Notes under the pieces: model-generated
Seen by the model: only the letters and a program-made list of their open reading frames with translations
What the model was told of the DNA's origin: nothing
Databases searched by the model: none
Translations under genes and position numbers: made by a program
Assembly: GCA_003153435.1 (NCBI GenBank)
Contig: PLYR01000104.1
Span: 2,796 to 66,795, forward strand
Direction: 5' to 3'
Length of the DNA stretch: 64,000 bases
DNA from: Bacteroidota bacterium
GTDB taxonomy: Bacteria > Bacteroidota > Bacteroidia > Palsa-965
Part shown: in pieces, positions 36,708 through 45,425 of the stretch
Layout: every line of letters starts with the position of its first letter
Position numbering within the stretch: the stretch's first letter is position 1

Positions 36708-37250
36708 TTATTGAGGTAGTGGTCCTGTATAAGTCATACAAGGAATTCCTCCTGTAAAGCAAGGGAAGTGGAAATTGATGTTCAGGTCTGATTTATTGGC
36801 ATTCGTTACATCAAATGTCATCAGGCATTTATCCCACCATTGCTGAAGGCAGGATTCATCCAGCTTTAGGTTTTTTGTTGTTTTGTTTTTGAAACTTTGA
36901 ATGTCCAGCGCTTTTACCTGGTCCTCCACTACTACGCAGTATGTTCCGGCGGGGAGCTGAATACTAAAATATCCAGAGCTGTCTGCCGTAAATTCCCTGA
37001 TGATTGACTTTTCCGTTGAATTTGAAGTTCCGGACCTTACAAAAAGTTTCTTCCCAGAGTAAGGTGCCGGGGTATTTAATTTCTTCAATAGGTCTTCAGG
37101 AGGTCTTGCCCCCCCACAATAGGAATGAGTTTGTGTGATTCGGCCTGAAACCTTAAATTCAAGACCAGTTTGGGAGGCTGCTTTAGGGCCACATGCAATG
37201 ATAAAAGTCAATGCAGTGAATACAAGAATCGATCTCAGTGAATGTGCCAT
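36708..37250 (-). CDS. Hypothetical lipoprotein with carboxypeptidase-regulatory-like fold
   Basis: Lipobox IIAC; SYCGGARP; ADSSGYFSIQLPAGTYC. Confidence 0.78.
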   Translation of the reverse strand: MAHSLRSILVFTALTFIIACGPKAASQTGLEFKVSGRITQTHSYCGGARPPEDLLKKLNTPAPYSGKKLFVRSGTSNSTEKSIIREFTADSSGYFSIQLPAGTYCVVVEDQVKALDIQSFKNKTTKNLKLDESCLQQWWDKCLMTFDVTNANKSDLNINFHFPCFTGGIPCMTYTGPLPQ

Positions 37251-37374
37251 TTGAATATACCTTATTTTGTTTTATTAAAGCGAAAGTAAACTATTTTAAG
37301 TCAATATACTTCCATATATCAGGCCACAATTCTCAATAATTTATGCCATTTCTTTCTTTTTCAAGATTAAATGA

Positions 37375-37382
37375 TATTTTTG
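37375..37382 (+). promoter_or_regulatory. -7 element (TATTTTTG) for the DinB-family gene
   Basis: TAnnTTTG match 19 nt upstream of ATG. Confidence 0.6.
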
Positions 37383-37401
37383 AAGAGGTAAACTTCAAGG
37401 T

Positions 37402-37896
37402 ATGCCCCAACGTAATGAAACCGATGTTTTATCCGAAGTCATTGATAATACGCGTGAACTTACTTTGTATTATCTAACCAAGCTTAAAGGTGTTGATATT
37501 TATAAAACCTTTACTGCTGGTAGCCAGTCATTCAATAGTGCTTTTTGGATTATGTGTCATATGGCCTGGGCACAAGATTTTTTACTTCTGAAAGCAACCA
37601 ACGGACCAGACCTGAAAATCGCCTGGTTGAACAAATTCAGTATTGGAACATCGTTACCTCCCAGAGAAGAATGCCCTCCGATTAATGAAGTTCTGGAGGC
37701 GATGCAATTAATTCATTTAAAGGCTGTTGCCCACCTAAAGACCTTAACCGGTGATGAACTTAACGAACCCAATCTGATTAACCTCAAGTTTGGGACAGAT
37801 AATAGCAAGCGGGTGTGCATCCTTCACTGCATTCGCCATGAAGGAGTTCATATGGGCCATCTCAGCTGGCTTGCGAAAATGCATGGCGTTAAGTAG
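37402..37896 (+). CDS. DinB/YfiT family four-helix metalloprotein
   Basis: NSAFWIMCHMAW and HCIRHEGVHMGHL His triad. Confidence 0.88.
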   Translation: MPQRNETDVLSEVIDNTRELTLYYLTKLKGVDIYKTFTAGSQSFNSAFWIMCHMAWAQDFLLLKATNGPDLKIAWLNKFSIGTSLPPREECPPINEVLEAMQLIHLKAVAHLKTLTGDELNEPNLINLKFGTDNSKRVCILHCIRHEGVHMGHLSWLAKMHGVK

Positions 37897-37900
37897 CAGG

Positions 37901-38776
37901 TCAGGCATTGGTCAGAACTGACAATAAGTTTTCCAGCTCTTTTACTTTGGAAGGATAGCCAAGCTTCTCATAAGCGAGAATCAGGTTCCGGAACACCCTT
38001 TTTATAATATCCGCATTTGAACAAGGCTCATAGTAAGCCTGTTCCAGAGGAAGTTTTAACTGTTTCAAAAAAGCATCTATCTCCTTGCTACTGAAAACGG
38101 CTCCTTTGCTAAATGGGTTGATGTAAAAAAGAACTTTGTTAGGACTCTCACCATAAACAGGGAAGTGACTTTCTTCATCAATGTAAGCAAGCACGAAATG
38201 TTCAGGCAGGTTAACACCGTAAATAGGTATGCTTTGGTCTTGTGTGATTATCAGATAAAGGATAGAGAGAGAAAGAGGGTTTCCTTTTTTTGATTCGAGA
38301 ACGTTATTGATGTATGAATTCTGAGGTGCATGGTAATTTGTTGTATTCCCACCAAAGCCGTGCACATCAAACAGGATATGGTTTATTACCCTTACTTTTT
38401 CCAGAGCAGTAAGGTTATTATTCAACTCAAGCCAGACGTCCTGTTTGATCTGATCTATCTGTTTGATGATTTTAGACTCATCCAGGTCTGGATATTGATA
38501 CTTAGCCACCAAGAGAATACCTTTGAGAAGATCTCCCTGTTCAACTCTTGCCCAGTTCACAAGCTGAGCCTCAATATTATCGAACTGAATCTTATGAATG
38601 ATGCCTTCAATCCGGTTCTGAAAGATGGGATCGAATGAATTTTCCCAGGCATGCTCCAGAAAGGGAATGACATTATGCCCGAGGGAAAGCAGTTTTGCCT
38701 CTATCTCCTGGTAAACCGTTTCATCCGGGTCATCTAGCAGGCTTATCAACGCATTTAATTCCTGATCTTTTAGCAT
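37901..38776 (-). CDS. Transglutaminase-like (Transglut_core2/SirB1) protein
   Basis: ALISLLDDPD, NYHAPQNSYIN, KKGNPLSL, GVNLPEHF, FYINPF. Confidence 0.9.
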   Translation of the reverse strand: MLKDQELNALISLLDDPDETVYQEIEAKLLSLGHNVIPFLEHAWENSFDPIFQNRIEGIIHKIQFDNIEAQLVNWARVEQGDLLKGILLVAKYQYPDLDESKIIKQIDQIKQDVWLELNNNLTALEKVRVINHILFDVHGFGGNTTNYHAPQNSYINNVLESKKGNPLSLSILYLIITQDQSIPIYGVNLPEHFVLAYIDEESHFPVYGESPNKVLFYINPFSKGAVFSSKEIDAFLKQLKLPLEQAYYEPCSNADIIKRVFRNLILAYEKLGYPSKVKELENLLSVLTNA

Positions 38777-38848
38777 ACTGATGCATTCAACTGCAAATTA
38801 AACGGTTTATTCGGAGAATTGGTTTCCCGGTGCTTGAAGATTTCAACA

Positions 38849-39727
38849 TCAGGCTGTCAGCCGATTTAAGACCAGTGAAATCATTTTATCAACCGTTATC
38901 TTATAGTCTTTACTATAAGTTTTCGCAAGTCTGTTCGCAATAATTGAACAAATGGTGAGGGCTTCATGTCCAAGATGCTTCGATAAGCCATAAAGGGCTG
39001 AGGTTTCCATCTCAAAGTTAGTGATCCTCTCACCTTCATATTGAAAGCTTGTGAATGCATCATTCATCCCTGGAACGGCAAGAGGAATGCGTAAAACCCG
39101 TCCCTGAGGGCCATAAAAACCGGGAGCTGTTGCGGTAATTCCCGCTTTCAGGCCTTTTCCAAGAGTTGCAAGCAACTTATCAGAAGCTTTCACGATGTAT
39201 GGATAAGGTAACCCAGCCTTCCATTGGGTATGCTGCTGAAATGCTTCAACCATTTTTGTTTCCACAATACGCTCGAGGTTTCCGTAATAATTTAACAGAC
39301 CATCCATTCCAAGTCCATAACTGGAAACGAGAAAACTATCGGTATCAATATCCTTCTGCAGAGAACCGGAGGTTCCGAGCCTGATCAGCTGAAGGGATTT
39401 TGTTTCTGATTTTGCTGTTCTAGTTTTAAGATCAATATTGACCAGAGCATCCAGTTCGTTTACAACAATGTCGATATTATCAGTTCCAATTCCCGTAGAT
39501 AAAACACTGATTCTCTTCTTGTTATACACTCCAGTATGGGTAATGAACTCTCTGTTTGAAACCTGATGTTCAATCTTCTCAAAATGCTTGGAGACACTGG
39601 AAACTCTGCCAGGGTCACCTACCAACAGTACAATATCAGCCAGTTGTTCAGGTTGAAGTTTGAGGTGAAAAATACTTCCGTCAGGATTAATAATTAGTTC
39701 GGAATCCGGGATTTGTCTGTTTGTCAT
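38849..39727 (-). CDS. Nucleoside (uridine-type) phosphorylase
   Basis: SELIINPDGSIFHL, VGDPGRV, STGIGTDNIDI, GFYGPQGR, NFEMET. Confidence 0.93.
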   Translation of the reverse strand: MTNRQIPDSELIINPDGSIFHLKLQPEQLADIVLLVGDPGRVSSVSKHFEKIEHQVSNREFITHTGVYNKKRISVLSTGIGTDNIDIVVNELDALVNIDLKTRTAKSETKSLQLIRLGTSGSLQKDIDTDSFLVSSYGLGMDGLLNYYGNLERIVETKMVEAFQQHTQWKAGLPYPYIVKASDKLLATLGKGLKAGITATAPGFYGPQGRVLRIPLAVPGMNDAFTSFQYEGERITNFEMETSALYGLSKHLGHEALTICSIIANRLAKTYSKDYKITVDKMISLVLNRLTA

Positions 39728-39871
39728 AAAGTTGGTGCTAAATATAACTTTGAATTAAGGATAGGAAACTCTACTATTGTACAACCATATTGCCTTATCC
39801 TTATGCAATTTGGATTGTGAATAAAGGTAAATAAAGATTGAAGAGCTGAACCATTCCCAATTGTTTTTTTT

Positions 39872-40765
39872 ATGGCGGATAAAAATATAAGTCGGGTTCT
39901 CATCGCATTTGACTTTGAAGATCAGTCGCTCATTGCACTTGCCCAGGGCTTGAATTTTTCAAAGGCGATTGGAGCCGAAATCACACTCGTACATGTTATT
40001 GAGGACGGTGGCATCCTGGGGAAAAACCTCACTGACGCTCAATATGACGAAATTCGCAAGGATGTGGATAAACGACTTCAGGATCAAATTGGAAAAATTT
40101 CATCTACCTATAAAGGGATGAAAGTAAATTCATTGGTAGCGCGAGGCCGGGTTTACGAAAAAATCATAGAAATAGCAGAAATGCTACAGGTCACCTTTAT
40201 CGTGATGGGTTGTAATGGGGCAGGCGTGCTAAAGCGTAAGTTTATTGGCTCGAATGCTTTGCATGTTGTGAGAGAATCAAAGTGCCCGGTACTTACTATT
40301 AAAGGCAAGCAACACCGGAACGGGTGCAAAAATCTGATTTTGCCCCTTGATCTTACAAAGGAGACTAGAGAGAAGGTGTCCAAAGCCATCGTTTTTGCAA
40401 AGCTGTATGGAGCGGCTGTAAGGGTGGTGTCCGTGATTTTTACGAAGGATGAATTTATAGTAAACCGTCTTACACGTCAGCTTTCGCAGGTTAAGGATTA
40501 TCTGGAGAAGGCCAAAGTAGAGTGTACTGCTGAAATCATCAAGGGAATTAAAGGAGAAGAGAACCTGGCACAGTGTGTTGTAGATTACGCCAGTAAAGAA
40601 GATGGAGATCTGCTGCTCATTATGACTCAGCAGGAGGTAGATTTTACGGATTATTTTATTGGCTCCTCGGCACAGGAAATTATCCTGAGAGCGGAGATGC
40701 CTGTTCTAAGTATTATCCCTGATTCCGGCAGGGGAAGCGGGGGTAAGGTTCCGAGAAAAAAGTGA
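39872..40765 (+). CDS. Universal stress protein (tandem USP domains)
   Basis: VLIAFDF, LVHVI, IVMG...FIGSNA...CPVLTI; second domain FIGSSAQEI. Confidence 0.92.
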   Translation: MADKNISRVLIAFDFEDQSLIALAQGLNFSKAIGAEITLVHVIEDGGILGKNLTDAQYDEIRKDVDKRLQDQIGKISSTYKGMKVNSLVARGRVYEKIIEIAEMLQVTFIVMGCNGAGVLKRKFIGSNALHVVRESKCPVLTIKGKQHRNGCKNLILPLDLTKETREKVSKAIVFAKLYGAAVRVVSVIFTKDEFIVNRLTRQLSQVKDYLEKAKVECTAEIIKGIKGEENLAQCVVDYASKEDGDLLLIMTQQEVDFTDYFIGSSAQEIILRAEMPVLSIIPDSGRGSGGKVPRKK

Positions 40766-40796
40766 TGCTGATCATTATGGAGATTGATTCTCGTCA
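40763..40796 (+). promoter_or_regulatory. Two CRP/FNR-like boxes (TGAY-N4-RTCA), 22 bp apart
   Basis: TGATgctgATCA at 40763-40774 and TGATtctcGTCA at 40785-40796, upstream of a TACTTTTA -7-like element at 40820-40827. Confidence 0.6.
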
Positions 40797-40864
40797 TTTA
40801 CAAATATTATAGTATCGAATACTTTTATAATCCATTTAACCACAACAACCAACACACTACATTT

Positions 40865-41764
40865 ATGACAACATTCAAAATCAATCGAATCTTAATACCA
40901 ACAGATTTCTCTGAAACCGGGCGTCTGGCAATTGAACATGGTTCATTTATGGCACGTTTATTTAAAGCAGAACTTTACATCCTGCATGTGCTGGAGGTTA
41001 ATGAATATACGTATGATATCCCGGAACCAATCCTCCGCCTTACAAATCTGGAAGCATTGCAAGGCATTGCTTTGAAGAAACTGGCAGAAATTGCAGAAGG
41101 AATCCGCAAAGATTTCGGAGTCGTTGCCACTACGATGAGCAGCACTGGAAAGATTGCCTCTGAAATAGTAAACTATAGCGAGGAGAATAAAATCGACATC
41201 ATTATTATGGGCACACATGGAGCCAGTGGCTTTGAGGAATACTTCATGGGCAGCAATGCTCACAAAGTTGTAACCAGTGCCAGCTGCCCGGTTATTACCA
41301 TACAAAACCAGGCCAAAAAGGTTGGATTTGTGAATATCGTTGTACCGATTGACAATAAGTTTCATTCCAGGGAAAAAATTAATTATGCAATAGAACTCGC
41401 TTCCCATTATGCTGCCAAAATTCATATCCTTGGATTGGTTGAATCACATGAAGACCATGATGAAGAGAAATTCAATATAAAGCTGGATTCGGTCGAAGAG
41501 CTTGTAAAAAAAGCCGGTTTGCCTTATACACGAAAAACAGTAGACGGATCGAATCTTGCGGTAAGTGCAATGGAATACTCGAAAACAATCAATGCAGATC
41601 TGATCGTAATCAATACAGATCAGGAATCGAATCTTACGGGAATGTTTATCGGCCCCTTTGCAAAACAAATTGTGAATCACAGCCGTATCCCTGTTATGAG
41701 CGTGAAGCACTCTGAAGGGGATTTCGATTCCTTGAACCTCGGTGGAAATGCCCGCATCTATTAA
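40865..41764 (+). CDS. Universal stress protein (tandem USP domains)
   Basis: RILIPTDFS, IIMGTHGASGFEEYFMGSNA, CPVITI; start moved to ATG 40865. Confidence 0.93.
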   Translation: MTTFKINRILIPTDFSETGRLAIEHGSFMARLFKAELYILHVLEVNEYTYDIPEPILRLTNLEALQGIALKKLAEIAEGIRKDFGVVATTMSSTGKIASEIVNYSEENKIDIIIMGTHGASGFEEYFMGSNAHKVVTSASCPVITIQNQAKKVGFVNIVVPIDNKFHSREKINYAIELASHYAAKIHILGLVESHEDHDEEKFNIKLDSVEELVKKAGLPYTRKTVDGSNLAVSAMEYSKTINADLIVINTDQESNLTGMFIGPFAKQIVNHSRIPVMSVKHSEGDFDSLNLGGNARIY

Positions 41765-41822
41765 AAGAGGTGTAATGGATAAAAAAAAACAAAGGGATTG
41801 TTCGCCGGATTAAATATTCTAT

Positions 41823-41830
41823 TATTTTTG
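41823..41830 (+). promoter_or_regulatory. -7 element (TATTTTTG)
   Basis: TAnnTTTG match 15 nt upstream of ATG 41846. Confidence 0.6.
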
Positions 41831-41845
41831 ACCAAAACTCCCCCT

Positions 41846-42349
41846 ATGAAAAAAATCCAACTCTTTTTAATGATTTCTTCGGTTGCAGCATTATTTGTTT
41901 CTTGCGGACCGACCAAGAATGATGCTATTAAGTACAATGATGCGTTAATAGCGATCCAGAAGTCGCTTTCGCCAGCGTATAACGCATTTATCAATCAGAT
42001 TGACGGTCACAACAAAGACTCTCTGAAGCTGTCTTATGCCTCTTTCTGCTCCAAAGCAAAGAGCTGCCTGGATGAGTGCACTGCACTGAAAGCTTTTGGC
42101 GGAAGTACAGAATACAAAGATGCGGCCCTTGATTATTTCAAAACCATTAACACGATGGCCGACAATGAAGGAAAACAGATTATGGATATCGCACTGATGG
42201 ACAAAGAGAAGATTACAGATAAAGAAGTTGATGCCATGAAAACGGCTTCTTCCAAGTTTGATACTGAAAGTGCCCGTGTTCTTCAGAAGGTTGGAGAAGC
42301 ACAAGTGGTTTTTTCAACAAAATGGAAGTTCGCTATAGCGAAAGACTAG
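41846..42349 (+). CDS. Hypothetical helical lipoprotein
   Basis: MKK...FVSC lipobox; AIKYNDALI; amphipathic helices. Confidence 0.8.
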   Translation: MKKIQLFLMISSVAALFVSCGPTKNDAIKYNDALIAIQKSLSPAYNAFINQIDGHNKDSLKLSYASFCSKAKSCLDECTALKAFGGSTEYKDAALDYFKTINTMADNEGKQIMDIALMDKEKITDKEVDAMKTASSKFDTESARVLQKVGEAQVVFSTKWKFAIAKD

Positions 42350-43479
42350 GTGATCCGGTGCGGTATGAAGCGGCTCAGGTTGTCAGTTATTAGGGAATGG
42401 CTTTCACGGATTCCGATCCCAGCTGATTTTCCACCGATGATCCAGGATCCAATTACCGGATAATTGCCGTTGAATTCAGGAAGTTTTTGAAGCTTTTGGT
42501 AAATGAAGCCTTCTTCCCCATATTCACCTCCGGTTTCAACTTCAACACTTCCATTCTCTACAATCATAATATTAGCCCCTTCTCTGGAAAGAAGGGGCTT
42601 TTTTACATAGTTTTTCATACCACCATCCTTTCCTGAATAACATTCCAGGAGATTGGGATGATCAGGAAAAAGCTCCCAGAGCACAGGCAATATGGCTTTG
42701 TTACTTAGGATCATCTTCCATGGAGGTTCAATCCAAAGGGTATCTGCCTTCAGGATGTGCGGGCCAAACTCTTCATGCATAATCCATTCCCAAGGGTAGA
42801 GTTTAAAAATCGTTTTAATCGGCTCCTCCTGCAAATCGGTAAACCCGGAACCGTTCCAGCCTATGTTTTCAACGGAGATGAACTGGGTTTGCAATCCGGC
42901 CTGAATAGCACAATCCTGCAGATAGGTCATGTTCATGAAGTCTTCTGCATTTCCATTTAGACTGGAAAAATGAAGCTTTCCCTTTTTTAGATAAATCTTG
43001 ATTTGTTTAAACCATGCAATCAGTTTTTCATGCATTGAGTTAAACTGGTCAGCCTCCGGAAATACCTCTTTCAGCCAGAACCACTGGATCACAGAAGCCT
43101 CCAGCAATGATGTTGGGGTGTCCGCATTAAACTCCAGCATTTTAGGGGCAATGTTTGGATTTCCATCCCAACTCAGGTCAAATCTTCCATAAATGGATGG
43201 GGTTTCACGCTGCCAGCTAGATTTAATGAGCGGAATCCATTTAGCCGGGATATGAAACTGTTCAAACAGATTGTTACGGATGACATAGTCTACCGCTTTG
43301 AGACACATTCTGAAAAGCTTATTGCTGACATTTTCTAAAATCTCAATCTGCCCCGGAGTAAATGAATAATATGCGCTTTCATCCCAATACGTGACTCCAT
43401 CAGGGGTGTGATAAGTAAACCCAAGCTCCTCCACCTTCAGTATCCAGTTGTCCCGGCATTCAATCTTCCTACGTTCCAT
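42346..43479 (-). CDS. Glutathionylspermidine synthase-like ATP-grasp ligase (YgiC/YjfC family)
   Basis: YWDESAYY, IYGRFDL, MLEFNADTPTSLLEASVIQW, FKLYPWEW, KPLLSREGANI, GIRES. Confidence 0.93.
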   Translation of the reverse strand: MERRKIECRDNWILKVEELGFTYHTPDGVTYWDESAYYSFTPGQIEILENVSNKLFRMCLKAVDYVIRNNLFEQFHIPAKWIPLIKSSWQRETPSIYGRFDLSWDGNPNIAPKMLEFNADTPTSLLEASVIQWFWLKEVFPEADQFNSMHEKLIAWFKQIKIYLKKGKLHFSSLNGNAEDFMNMTYLQDCAIQAGLQTQFISVENIGWNGSGFTDLQEEPIKTIFKLYPWEWIMHEEFGPHILKADTLWIEPPWKMILSNKAILPVLWELFPDHPNLLECYSGKDGGMKNYVKKPLLSREGANIMIVENGSVEVETGGEYGEEGFIYQKLQKLPEFNGNYPVIGSWIIGGKSAGIGIRESHSLITDNLSRFIPHRIT

Positions 43480-43560
43480 AAAACAGTATTTAGGGAGTAC
43501 AAGACAATTCGCCTGCCAAAGAATGGAGAGCAGGGTTAGAAACTAATTAAAATGTGTGGA

Positions 43561-44022
43561 TCATTCTATTTTCCGGATCCAGAAAACACTGTTGGTCTTA
43601 TAGCCAGCCCGAAGTTCGACCTGATCCCCTTCACCAATTTGCAGCTTAGGAAAAGCAGCTAAATTGAAATCATATTTACCGATCATAATGGTATTACCAG
43701 AGGCCTGATTGACTTTTCCTTTTGCGGCTTTCACCTGAAAATTCGTAAGATCTTTATTGTAGCTCATTAGATCACTGATCCCAAGCCGGAGGGGGAATGC
43801 AGCTATCAAAACCAACACCACGTTCCAGATTCCTCGTCTGGTTTCGTCCATATCAAAACGCACATCATTCGTATTTATAACCACGAGTGCGCCGATAGAA
43901 AGCAGGGAAATCGGGAGGATAACAAGTAATTTACGTTTCAGGGGTTTCCGGAGAACGGTACGCATCAATTCCCGGTCTTCTTCAGTTGTATTATCGGTCC
44001 TTACTTCGGGAAGGGTGTTCAT
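43561..44022 (-). CDS. Hypothetical membrane protein (2 TM + small beta domain)
   Basis: Two hydrophobic segments; start uncertain (ATG 44022 overlaps the end of folP). Confidence 0.7.
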   Translation of the reverse strand: MNTLPEVRTDNTTEEDRELMRTVLRKPLKRKLLVILPISLLSIGALVVINTNDVRFDMDETRRGIWNVVLVLIAAFPLRLGISDLMSYNKDLTNFQVKAAKGKVNQASGNTIMIGKYDFNLAAFPKLQIGEGDQVELRAGYKTNSVFWIRKIE

Positions 44023-44869
44023 AGATGGGCTGTTCAGAAGAACGAATGTACGCATAAATTTTAACGGCTTCCGCGGCATGCTTCACATCATGCACCCGGA
44101 GAATATTGGCTCCGTTCATAAGCGCAATCATGTTGGCAGCCGTTGTACCGTTCAGTGCATCTTCCGGTTTGGTGCCAAGCACCTTGTTAATCATAGACTT
44201 GCGGGAAAGGCCAGCCATGACAGGGTATCCCAATTCAGAGATAGACCGAAGTCCTGACAAAAGTTCGAAATTTGATTCTACTGTTTTCCCAAATCCAAAT
44301 CCCGGATCAAGGATGATTGACCCGACACCAGCTGCCTTCAAGAGGCCTATTTTTTCATGGAAGTACGATAAAACTGTTGACAATGCGTGGGAGGCAAGCG
44401 GAGCATCCTGCATGCTCTCCGGTGATCCGTATAAATGCATCAGAACATATGGGACCTGAAGTTTTCCCAGGGTAGAAAACATATCTGAATCCAGGCTTCC
44501 TCCGCTGATATCGTTGATTATATCAGCCCCGGCAGCGACAGCTTCCCTGGCAACAGAAGCTCGGAAAGTATCCGCAGAGATGACAGACTCCGGAAAATAT
44601 TTGCGAACCGCCCGGATGGCCGGCAGTAACCTTAACAACTCCTCATTGACAGGCACCATTTTGGCTCCCGGACGGGTAGAAACAGCCCCGATATCAATAA
44701 TTGCGGCACCTTCTTCCAGCATCTGTTCTGTACGAATCAATATCGCTTCTTCCTGACGGTAACGCCCTCCATCAAAGAAAGAATCAGGGGTTACATTCAG
44801 TATGCCCATGACCGCCGGAACAGATAAATCAAGCCGGCCACTTCTTAAAAAAACGTATCTTGTGCTCAC
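43991..44869 (-). CDS. folP: Dihydropteroate synthase
   Basis: MGILNVTPDSFFDGG, STRPGA, INDISGG, DPGFGFGK, GLSRKS, LRVHDV. Confidence 0.96.
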   Translation of the reverse strand: MSTRYVFLRSGRLDLSVPAVMGILNVTPDSFFDGGRYRQEEAILIRTEQMLEEGAAIIDIGAVSTRPGAKMVPVNEELLRLLPAIRAVRKYFPESVISADTFRASVAREAVAAGADIINDISGGSLDSDMFSTLGKLQVPYVLMHLYGSPESMQDAPLASHALSTVLSYFHEKIGLLKAAGVGSIILDPGFGFGKTVESNFELLSGLRSISELGYPVMAGLSRKSMINKVLGTKPEDALNGTTAANMIALMNGANILRVHDVKHAAEAVKIYAYIRSSEQPIYEHPSRSKDR

Positions 44870-44883
44870 ATTTTCTGGTTATT

Positions 44884-45420
44884 ATGGGAAAGACCTCCGA
44901 ACAGTTTGATAATGCGACACGGTCGTGCAAAGATATCTTTGTAAAAAAGATGAAAGATTACGGCAGCGCCTGGCGTGTGCTTAGAACCAGCTCTATTACC
45001 GATCAGATTCTTATCAAGGCTCAGCGAATCCGTAGCATTGAAGATAAAGGTACGCAAAAAGTAGACGAAGGTGTACAAAGTGAGTTCATGGGAATTGTCA
45101 ATTATGCGGTAATCGGGCTTATCCAACTCGAGCTTGGCGAAGACCCGAGGATGGAGCTATCAGAGCCGGAAGCATCAAAGCTTTTCGAGAAATATATATT
45201 TTCGGCAAAGAGTTTGATGGAGAACAAGAATCACGACTACAATGAAGCCTGGAGGGAAATGAGGGTGAGTTCCCTGACGGATCTTATTTTAATGAAGCTC
45301 CTGCGTGTGAAGCAGATAGAAGACAATAAAGGAAGCACTCTGATATCAGAAGGTATTGATGCCAACTATTTCGATATTATTAATTATGCTATTTTTGCAC
45401 TTATCCGTTTGGGAGAATAA
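44884..45420 (+). CDS. DUF1599 domain protein (two copies of the domain)
   Basis: KKMKDYGSAWR...TDQILIKAQRI and KNHDYNEAWR...TDLILMKLLRV. Confidence 0.9.
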   Translation: MGKTSEQFDNATRSCKDIFVKKMKDYGSAWRVLRTSSITDQILIKAQRIRSIEDKGTQKVDEGVQSEFMGIVNYAVIGLIQLELGEDPRMELSEPEASKLFEKYIFSAKSLMENKNHDYNEAWREMRVSSLTDLILMKLLRVKQIEDNKGSTLISEGIDANYFDIINYAIFALIRLGE

Positions 45421-45425
45421 CGATT

